Origin: Methanocaldococcus sp. 16A
GTDB lineage: Archaea > AGJL01 > Methanococci > Methanococcales > Methanocaldococcaceae
Assembly: GCA_049860595.1 (NCBI GenBank)
Contig: CP187551.1
DNA: 64,000 nt
Reading direction: 5' to 3' (one strand)
The position numbers and the translations under genes are program-made. Under the pieces are notes generated by a model. The model saw only the letters and a list, made by a program, of their open reading frames with translations. It made no database searches and was not told the DNA's origin. This document shows positions 54,090 to 64,000 of this stretch, one piece after another; within the stretch, counting starts at the first letter, position 1, and the number at the start of each line of letters is the position of its first letter.

Positions 54090-55010
54090 ATGGATGCAAA
54101 AAATACAAAGATGTTAAAATTTTCCCATATAACAAAAGTTCATCCATGCTTTAACGAAAAAATTCATGATAAAGTTGGTAGAATTCACTTACCAGTAGCT
54201 CCAAGATGCAATATAGCATGTAAATTTTGTAGAAGAAGTTTAGGTAAAGAGGCGTGTGAGCATAGGCCAGGGGTAGCTTTATCCGTCTTAAAACCAGAAG
54301 ATGTTGAAAATTATTTAAATAAAGTATTAAAAGAGATTCCAAACGTTAAAGTTGTTGGTATTGCTGGACCTGGGGATAGTTTATTTAACAAAGAGACATT
54401 TGAAACACTTGAGATTATTGATGAGAAGTTTCCAGATTTAATAAAATGTCTCTCTACAAATGGGTTGCTATTAAATAAATACTATAAGAAATTATCTGAT
54501 TTAAATGTAAAGACAGTCACTGTTACTGTAAATGCTATAAATCCAGAGATTTTAAAAGATATAGTTGAATGGGTATATTATGATAAAAAAATACATCATG
54601 GCATTGAAGGGGCTAAAATACTGATAGAGAACCAAATAGACGGGATAAAAAAAGCTTATGATGAAGGTTTAATAATAAAAATAAATACTGTTCTAATCCC
54701 ACAGATAAATATGGAACATGTTGTTGATATTGCCAAAGAATTAAAAGATTTTGCTTATATGCAAAATATTATTCCTCTAATCCCACTATACAAAATGAAA
54801 CATCTGAGAGCTCCAACATGTGAAGAAATAAAGAGAATTAGAGAAGAGTGTGAAAAATATATTCCGCAGTTTAGAGCTTGTGGGCAGTGTAGAGCGGATT
54901 CAGTAGGTTTAATAAAAGAAAGGAAAATATTAGAAGACTTCTTCAAAGAAAAAAATAAAGAACAAAATAAAAAATTAGATGTATTTGATTTGAAGCATTT
55001 CTCTCATTAA
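54090..55010 (+). CDS. nifB: Radical SAM FeMo-cofactor biosynthesis protein NifB (short form, no NifX domain)
   Basis: HPC, CNIACKFC, E.RPG, AGPGD, CGQCRAD. Confidence 0.93.
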   Translation: MDAKNTKMLKFSHITKVHPCFNEKIHDKVGRIHLPVAPRCNIACKFCRRSLGKEACEHRPGVALSVLKPEDVENYLNKVLKEIPNVKVVGIAGPGDSLFNKETFETLEIIDEKFPDLIKCLSTNGLLLNKYYKKLSDLNVKTVTVTVNAINPEILKDIVEWVYYDKKIHHGIEGAKILIENQIDGIKKAYDEGLIIKINTVLIPQINMEHVVDIAKELKDFAYMQNIIPLIPLYKMKHLRAPTCEEIKRIREECEKYIPQFRACGQCRADSVGLIKERKILEDFFKEKNKEQNKKLDVFDLKHFSH

Positions 55011-55034
55011 CTCATTATAAGGTTAATTAAAAGA

Positions 55035-56192
55035 TTAATAATATACTCTTTTAACCCTTTCTAAGGCATTTTTTGATAATCTATCCCTATCCATTGTATA
55101 AACTTCCATTTTTGGAATTATAACTCTAACTGCATCAACACCAACCTTATTTAAATCAACATATATTAATTTATCAAACCCAAATTCTGAGATTTTATCT
55201 TTTATAAATTCTAAATCCTTTTTTAAATCATATCTTGCATTGTTTGGCATATCTGCAATATTTATCTCTTCTTCAAATTCAAACCACTTTCTATGAATTC
55301 TTTTTAATCTCTCATAGGAGATTTTTGAAGTAAATTCTTTCCTCAACTTAGCATCTCTTCTAAATTCATGTAATTGGGAAGCTCTACTTTGAGCAACCTC
55401 AGTTAATGCCCTTAAAATAGCTATCTCTGGATGTAAATGGCATCCTACACCTATACACAGCATTAGAGGATTTTTACATGAATCGTCACTTATGGCAGCA
55501 ACAACTGGAATCTCAAACTCTGACGTTAAATCTTTCAAAATTACTTCAACTCCAGCTTTTTCAAACTTTTCAATTAACTCATGAATCAATGGATTTTTTG
55601 CATCTTCAGGATTAATCTTTTTTGGAATTCTTCTTGCTAAATCTGCTAAACTCCATGCATCCCTCTCAATAATCTCTAAAGTAGCATGTAAAATAGCTTC
55701 ATATAAATTGTTTCCACTTGCTAATCCATTGGTGTTTCCTCTAAACAATTTTCCATTTGTAGGATAAAAAACAGCTTCTGCTGGAACATCAACAACCTCA
55801 TCATTAATAATATCAATTCCTTCAACCCATTCTTTGACATTTTTATCTGCATATTGTGGCAATATTAAATCTTCAATGTTTATTGGATTATCTGCTTTTT
55901 CTTTAACTTTATTTTTATCATAACTTGCTGAAAATCTCTCTATTGCTTCCATGCATGCAGAGACCTTTGCTTGAATATCATTAGCCCCCTTTCCATAATG
56001 CACAGCCTCTCCTTCTTTCCCATCCACAACAACTCTTCTTTTTAAATAATAAACTGGAATTCCCAATTTATCTAAATGTTGTATATTTCCAATTTCTATT
56101 GTTTGTATCTTTTTTAATGCCTCTTGTATCTTTTCAAATGTCTCCTCTGGATTGCAAATCCTATAACTTGCTAATTTGTATGTTATATCCAT
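55035..56192 (-). CDS. ycaO: YcaO, McrA glycine thioamidation protein
   Basis: [40 protein letters not shown]. Confidence 0.92.
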   Translation of the reverse strand: MDITYKLASYRICNPEETFEKIQEALKKIQTIEIGNIQHLDKLGIPVYYLKRRVVVDGKEGEAVHYGKGANDIQAKVSACMEAIERFSASYDKNKVKEKADNPINIEDLILPQYADKNVKEWVEGIDIINDEVVDVPAEAVFYPTNGKLFRGNTNGLASGNNLYEAILHATLEIIERDAWSLADLARRIPKKINPEDAKNPLIHELIEKFEKAGVEVILKDLTSEFEIPVVAAISDDSCKNPLMLCIGVGCHLHPEIAILRALTEVAQSRASQLHEFRRDAKLRKEFTSKISYERLKRIHRKWFEFEEEINIADMPNNARYDLKKDLEFIKDKISEFGFDKLIYVDLNKVGVDAVRVIIPKMEVYTMDRDRLSKNALERVKRVYY

Positions 56193-56278
56193 TTAACCTC
56201 AACCCCTTATTATTTATTTTATATTTATTTTATTTCTTTACTATATATTAATTACAAATATTACAACTTTATATAACT

Positions 56279-57547
56279 CTACTCTATTAAATCTATTAAC
56301 TGTATTGGTTTACTTAAATGCCTCCTTGCAGAGCCAGGCACTTCATAAAATCCAATCTTTATATCTCTCTCAACCTCTATCTTTTTGATTTCATTGTAAG
56401 CAATAGATTTTTTGCATTTTCTGCATTTATAACCAGCTTTTTTACCCTTTGCTTTTAATGTACCTCCACAATATGGACATATTTTATCCTTAACAAACTT
56501 TTTTTCCAATTTTAAGATTTTTATTTTTTCAATATTTATTCCTAATGGCTTTTCTCTTACAGTTCCATAAACTGCCACATAATCTCCAACTATTAACTTT
56601 CTTATAATATCCCTAAATCCTTTTGTTGGCTCATAAGCTACACAATCAATTTCTCCAGTTCCATCTGATAATTTAAATATTACATGCCCACCTTCTATAT
56701 CTTTTGGCATCTCTATTATTTTTCCATAAACAATAACTCCTGTATTTGGATAAATATCCTTAATATTCATTCTTCTTAGATGAATATCAGTTCCATGATT
56801 TGTTTTAAAAATCATAAATCTCTCTGGTTTTTCACCTTCAATCATGTTCATAGCTTTTAATAAAATCTCTGTATTAATACCTCTAATTCCAAATAAAACT
56901 GGGCATGGTGTGTTTGGTGTTATTAAAACCTTATTATTTTCGTAATCATAGTTGTCAAATGTGTAAGGGAATGTTTCTTTATCCATTTTTATAACACTAT
57001 TTTCATCAATTACTCTCTTCTTTCCCCACATCTCCTTCTTTCTGTAAGCTAAAAGCTCGTAGGTGTAAGGTGGAGTTGATGATATAGCTCCTAAAGCTCC
57101 AATTATTCCTCTACCCAATTTATATTTTATAAACTCCCCCCCAACCTTTAAGATGAATTTTTCAGCATAATCAACGCTAACTATATCATAAAGGACTTTT
57201 TTATAATAATGGATAAGTTTTTCTCTATTCTCTTTATATTTTATTTCATCTAAAAACACAATTCCAGGATTTGTATTCTCACATTCAAAATCAGTGTATT
57301 TTTCAACTAAACTAATGGTTATATTTTTAATCTCTTCCTTATCTTTTGAATATAGCTCATCTAAAACATGTATTGCTACTCCTCCATTACCTCTTGTTTT
57401 ATATTTAACCATTGGATTCATTCTAATGAGTTTTGGCATATCTACACTGTATCCATGGCTTTTTAACTCCTCTATTAATAAAGTTGCTATATATGTAGTG
57501 CAGTATTTGTTTGGGCTGTCTGTATCGTCAATTCCGATAAACATCAT
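56279..57547 (-). CDS. tiaS: tRNA(Ile2) agmatinylcytidine synthase
   Basis: IGIDDTDS..CTT, KTRGNG, TNHGTD, Zn ribbon, RRHLSKP. Confidence 0.95.
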   Translation of the reverse strand: MMFIGIDDTDSPNKYCTTYIATLLIEELKSHGYSVDMPKLIRMNPMVKYKTRGNGGVAIHVLDELYSKDKEEIKNITISLVEKYTDFECENTNPGIVFLDEIKYKENREKLIHYYKKVLYDIVSVDYAEKFILKVGGEFIKYKLGRGIIGALGAISSTPPYTYELLAYRKKEMWGKKRVIDENSVIKMDKETFPYTFDNYDYENNKVLITPNTPCPVLFGIRGINTEILLKAMNMIEGEKPERFMIFKTNHGTDIHLRRMNIKDIYPNTGVIVYGKIIEMPKDIEGGHVIFKLSDGTGEIDCVAYEPTKGFRDIIRKLIVGDYVAVYGTVREKPLGINIEKIKILKLEKKFVKDKICPYCGGTLKAKGKKAGYKCRKCKKSIAYNEIKKIEVERDIKIGFYEVPGSARRHLSKPIQLIDLIE

Positions 57548-57710
57548 ACATCACCAATAAATTTCATAAACCAATATGGAATTATTCCATTACTCTCCTA
57601 AAGAAACACCTCTACTTTAGGCAAAGGGCTGTCGTGAAAATATTAATATTTATATATTTAATTCATACATCCAAATCTAAAATTCCAAAAACTTTTTATA
57701 ACATTCTTAA

Positions 57711-57823
57711 TATAGGACTTTCGCAGTTTATGTTATTCTTTTTTAAGGTATTTAGATGCCTTTGGGTCTCAATATTCATTATAAGATATTTATATAAGTA
57801 TTTATTCCTACGAAAGTCCTATA
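57711..57823. repeat. MJRE-like repeat, upstream of rpiA
   Basis: TATAGGACTTTCGCAGTTTAT ... TTTATTCCTACGAAAGTCCTATA. Confidence 0.88.
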
Positions 57824-57868
57824 ATATTTCAATAACAACACCACAAAAAAGCTTAATAGGGGATAACT

Positions 57869-58552
57869 GTGTCAAATGAAGATTTAAAATTAAAAGTAGC
57901 TAAAGAAGCCGTAAAGTTAGTTAAAGATGGGATGGTTATTGGATTGGGAACTGGTTCAACAGCAGCTTTATTTATCAGAGAACTTGGGAATAGAATTCAA
58001 GAAGAGGAACTAACTGTATTTGGAATCCCTACATCATTTGAAGCCAAAATGTTGGCTATGCAATATGAAATACCATTGGTTACCTTAGATGAGTATGATG
58101 TAGATATTGCATTTGATGGCGCTGATGAAGTTGAAGAAAAGACTTTATTTTTAATAAAAGGTGGCGGAGGTTGTCATACTCAGGAGAAGATAGTAGATTA
58201 CAACGCAAATGAATTTGTAGTTTTAGTAGATGAAAGTAAATTAGTTAAAAAATTGGGAGAAAAGTTTCCAATACCTGTAGAGGTTTTACCTTCAGCGTAT
58301 AGAGTGGTAATTAGAGCTTTATCAGAAATGGGAGGAGAAGCTGTGATTAGATTGGGAGATAGAAAAAGAGGACCAGTTATAACAGACAATGGAAATATGA
58401 TTATAGATGTTTTTATGAAAAATATTAACGACCCTATAGAGCTTGAGAAAGAAATTAACAACATCCCCGGAGTAGTTGAAAATGGTATCTTTACAAAGGT
58501 GGATAAAGTATTAGTAGGGACAAAAAAAGGTGTAAAAACATTAAAACCATAG
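57869..58552 (+). CDS. rpiA: Ribose-5-phosphate isomerase A
   Basis: GLGTGST, DGADEV, KGGGG, TDNGN, PGVVENG. Confidence 0.97.
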   Translation: MSNEDLKLKVAKEAVKLVKDGMVIGLGTGSTAALFIRELGNRIQEEELTVFGIPTSFEAKMLAMQYEIPLVTLDEYDVDIAFDGADEVEEKTLFLIKGGGGCHTQEKIVDYNANEFVVLVDESKLVKKLGEKFPIPVEVLPSAYRVVIRALSEMGGEAVIRLGDRKRGPVITDNGNMIIDVFMKNINDPIELEKEINNIPGVVENGIFTKVDKVLVGTKKGVKTLKP

Positions 58553-58607
58553 AACATTATTAACACAGGATGTATTTCGCTCGCTTGATAATACCTCTTT
58601 TCTTTAA

Positions 58608-58703
58608 AATAGGACTTTCGCAGTTTATATGCTTAATAAGGAAAAAATGATGCCTAAGGCATCGAATATACCTTAAAAAATTTATTCCTGCGAGAGTCCT
58701 ATT
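58608..58703. repeat. MJRE-like repeat between convergent rpiA and pfkC
   Basis: AATAGGACTTTCGCAGTTTAT ... TTTATTCCTGCGAGAGTCCTATT; central GATGCC-TAA-GGCATC. Confidence 0.9.
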
Positions 58704-58711
58704 AAAGTATC

Positions 58712-61301
<2,590 letters not shown>

Positions 61302-61345
61302 ATTCCCCCCATAACCTCATTATTATTTTGTATTCATTAGTATGT

Positions 61346-62917
61346 TTATTTTAAATTCATATAATGATTGTAAATTGCCCCACCAAATAAACCTTTATAT
61401 TTTCTTATAGATGGAGAGTTCTGCCAACTTAAGTTTCTAAATACATGATAGTAGCAGTTTTTCATCATCATAGGGAGAGGGGCATTTTCATCATAAGGAT
61501 GCTTAGGGCATTTGTATCTTTCATACTGCATAAACATACATATTTCATTAAGTTTATAAAATGTCCAATTTAATGCATGCTCTACTCCCCAAATAAACCC
61601 CATCTTATCTGGAACTTTAAATAAAACGCCTGTTGCCTTATCAAAGTTTGAATGCTCATAAGGATTATGATATAAAGGAATTATAGTGTCTTTTAAACCC
61701 CCAGTTTCTGTAGCTATAACCGGAGTGCAATAGGCCATAGCCTCCATCTGCACTAGACCACACGGCTCCCAATATGAAGGCATAACCATCCAATCACTTC
61801 CCGCAAATACTAAAGAAGACAATGGAAGGCAATATCCAATTAAAGCTAAAATCTTTCCATCATATTCATTAGCAAGATTTTTTAGTTTGTCTTCAATATC
61901 TTTCTCTCCCTTTGTTAAAAACACAAATCTTATATCATATTTCTCTAAAAGTTCTGGGATTGCTTCAAACATCGTGTTAAATCCTTTCTGATATGTGGCT
62001 CTTCCAACGAACCCAATCAATGGAGTTTCTATATCTCCTTTTAATCCCCCATATACTTCAACTTCAGTAGCTGAAATTCCTCTATCTATTATTTTATTCC
62101 AATCCTCAACATATTCATAAACTCCCCCCTTATAAAACCATGAATATTTTATTTTTGGCTTTATATTATAAGCATCTTCAGCTAAGTATGGAGAGATATA
62201 GGCATAGTTTCTTGGGTCGAGTTTGTTATTTGAGAGGATTATCATCCTATCCATTATTTTCATAGGGTCGTATTCATCAATGTCAATACCATTTAAAATT
62301 CCAACAAAGGGTTTATTATCCAAATATTTCTTTATATATTGGCAGTTTTTTATCTCTTCAGCATGTGTAGGGCTTACAGTATTAACGGCATCGGCATATT
62401 TTATTCCCAACTCTAAAAAAGTCAAAACTTCTCCTTTATACTCAACAACCTCCCCCTTAAATGCTTCATTATGTATAGTTAGAGTAGTGGGCAAATCTAA
62501 GATATCTTTACATTTGGCTATAGCTAAACCACACATCCAATCATGTCCAGATACAACATCAACATCTTTAATATCATCCAAATAACTAACAATCAAGTCA
62601 GCAAAAATTTCATACTTAATAGCATCCCAAACATTTAAATTATTAACGCTTTCATTACTAAATACAATTAAATCAACTCCTGTTGTCGGATGTTTTGTTT
62701 TTAAAATATCAAATTTAATCTTAGAACCCTTATAAACAACAGTTATTTTTTTAATAACTTCATGGGGAAGATTATTGTATCTATTATAATGGTTAAGGGT
62801 TAAAACTAAAACATCATTATCTTTTTTTAAAAATTGTGGCAAATCTCTCATTACATCCCCTAACCCTCCATAAGAAACAATAGGAGTTATCGTTGGAGCA
62901 AGAATAGCTATTTTCAT
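61346..62917 (-). CDS. glgA: Glycogen synthase
   Basis: GGLGDV, HDW, NTVSP, GR...QKG, PSYWEPCGL. Confidence 0.92.
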   Translation of the reverse strand: MKIAILAPTITPIVSYGGLGDVMRDLPQFLKKDNDVLVLTLNHYNRYNNLPHEVIKKITVVYKGSKIKFDILKTKHPTTGVDLIVFSNESVNNLNVWDAIKYEIFADLIVSYLDDIKDVDVVSGHDWMCGLAIAKCKDILDLPTTLTIHNEAFKGEVVEYKGEVLTFLELGIKYADAVNTVSPTHAEEIKNCQYIKKYLDNKPFVGILNGIDIDEYDPMKIMDRMIILSNNKLDPRNYAYISPYLAEDAYNIKPKIKYSWFYKGGVYEYVEDWNKIIDRGISATEVEVYGGLKGDIETPLIGFVGRATYQKGFNTMFEAIPELLEKYDIRFVFLTKGEKDIEDKLKNLANEYDGKILALIGYCLPLSSLVFAGSDWMVMPSYWEPCGLVQMEAMAYCTPVIATETGGLKDTIIPLYHNPYEHSNFDKATGVLFKVPDKMGFIWGVEHALNWTFYKLNEICMFMQYERYKCPKHPYDENAPLPMMMKNCYYHVFRNLSWQNSPSIRKYKGLFGGAIYNHYMNLK

Positions 62918-63016
62918 AGTTATCACAATGTTTTTATATTATTATTGTTATATTTATAATTTAAAGTATTATTAAAAGATTTATATAAACCTTACCACAA
63001 ACCTTATGATGATATT

Positions 63017-64000
63017 ATGAAAATTGCTATGATAACATGGGAATATCCTCCAAGAATAATAGGAGGTTTAGCTATTCATTGTAAAGGCTTAGCAGAGGGT
63101 TTAGTTAGAAATGGGCATGAAGTGGATGTTATATCTGTTGGTTACGATTTACCTGATTATGAAAATATAAATGGAGTAAATGTCTATAGAGTCAAACCAA
63201 TAGCTCATCCACATTTTTTAACTTGGGCAATATTTATGGCTGAAGAAATGGAAAAGAAGTTAGGAATCTTAGGAATTGATAATTATGATGTTATCCACTG
63301 TCATGATTGGATGACACATTTTGTAGGGGCTAATTTAAAGCATTCATGTAAAATGCCGTATGTTCAGTCAATACACAGCACAGAGATTGGGAGATGTGGG
63401 GGATTGTATTCAGATGACTCAAAAGCTATACATACAATAGAATATCTTTCAACCTATGAATCATGCCAAGTAATAACTGTAAGTCATTCTTTAAAGGAAG
63501 AAATCTGCTCAACATTTAATACTCCAGAAGATAAAGTTAAAGTAATTTATAACGGCATAAATCCATGGGAATTTGATATTAATTTTAGTTGGGAAGAGAT
63601 ATTAAATTTTAGGAGAAGTATAGGAGTTGATGATAATGAAAAAATGATTTTGTTTGTTGGAAGATTAACATATCAAAAAGGAGTTGAGTATTTAATAAGA
63701 GCAATGCCTAAAATTCTTCAAAAGTATAATGCAAAGTTAGTTATAGCCGGAAATGGAGATATGATAAATTATTTAGAAGATTTATGCTATCAATTGGGTA
63801 TTAGGCATAAAGTAGTTTTTTTAGGATTTGTTGATGGAAATATGTTAAAAAAACTCTATAAATCAGCAGATGTTGTTGTAATTCCATCAGTTTATGAGCC
63901 CTTTGGAATTGTTGCCTTAGAGGCGATGGCTGCTGGCACACCTGTGGTTGTTAGCTCGGTTGGAGGGTTGATGGAAATTATAAAGCATGAGGTCAATGGT
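63017..64000 (+). CDS. GT4 glycosyltransferase (glycogen-cluster associated), 3' truncated by window edge
   Basis: MKIAMITWEYPPRIIGGL..HCHDW..VGRLTYQKG..PSVYEPFGIVALEA; frame open to the window end, absent from the ORF track. Confidence 0.9.
   Translation, partial: MKIAMITWEYPPRIIGGLAIHCKGLAEGLVRNGHEVDVISVGYDLPDYENINGVNVYRVKPIAHPHFLTWAIFMAEEMEKKLGILGIDNYDVIHCHDWMTHFVGANLKHSCKMPYVQSIHSTEIGRCGGLYSDDSKAIHTIEYLSTYESCQVITVSHSLKEEICSTFNTPEDKVKVIYNGINPWEFDINFSWEEILNFRRSIGVDDNEKMILFVGRLTYQKGVEYLIRAMPKILQKYNAKLVIAGNGDMINYLEDLCYQLGIRHKVVFLGFVDGNMLKKLYKSADVVVIPSVYEPFGIVALEAMAAGTPVVVSSVGGLMEIIKHEVNG

Noticed and set aside
57634-57879. 81-aa ORF upstream of rpiA
   Set aside because: Chance read-through of the palindromic repeat, with no RBS.
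17532-58703. Recurrent GGACTTTCGCAG motif as a CRISPR array
   Set aside because: Copies are dispersed inverted-repeat elements, not direct repeats with regular spacers; no cas genes.

Overview
AT-rich archaeal DNA, almost certainly from a hyperthermophilic methanogen of the genus Methanocaldococcus. Support: methanogen-type SerRS, McrA YcaO, ADP-dependent GK/PFK, GGTGA(T) RBSs, MJ-type ATPases and MJRE-like palindromic repeats. Bases ~1-32200 are an accessory surface-glycan island. It holds GT2/GT4 enzymes, a Wzx flippase, DUF2206/DUF1616 membrane proteins, a SAM methyltransferase, rmlCABD, a CWB2 surface protein and a decayed heptose pathway. It also holds a sulfate-activation operon (RHH-sat-DHH phosphatase-AlkP-cysC-TauE) with three Thr-nucleophile alkaline-phosphatase-superfamily enzymes, but no PAPS reductase and no canonical sulfotransferase in the window. 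The top candidate for a new system is non-canonical PAPS-dependent glycan sulfation by AlkP-fold enzymes. A 75-aa RHH protein carries the acidic '...ERLRALGYLD' tail, which the neighbouring enzymes lack and which could act in trans as a Tyr shuttle or docking peptide. Bases ~32300-64000 are mostly core genes (rio2, trpE, serS, aroE, mvk, cbiMNQO, nifB, ycaO, tiaS, rpiA, pfkC, pgi, glgA). Also present: a 380-bp internally deleted IS with TIRs and a 3-bp TSD, five MJRE-like repeats, four mosaic MJ-type ATPases plus two relics, and several pseudogenes. No rRNA, tRNA or CRISPR array was seen. Family calls come from motif recognition, not database searches.
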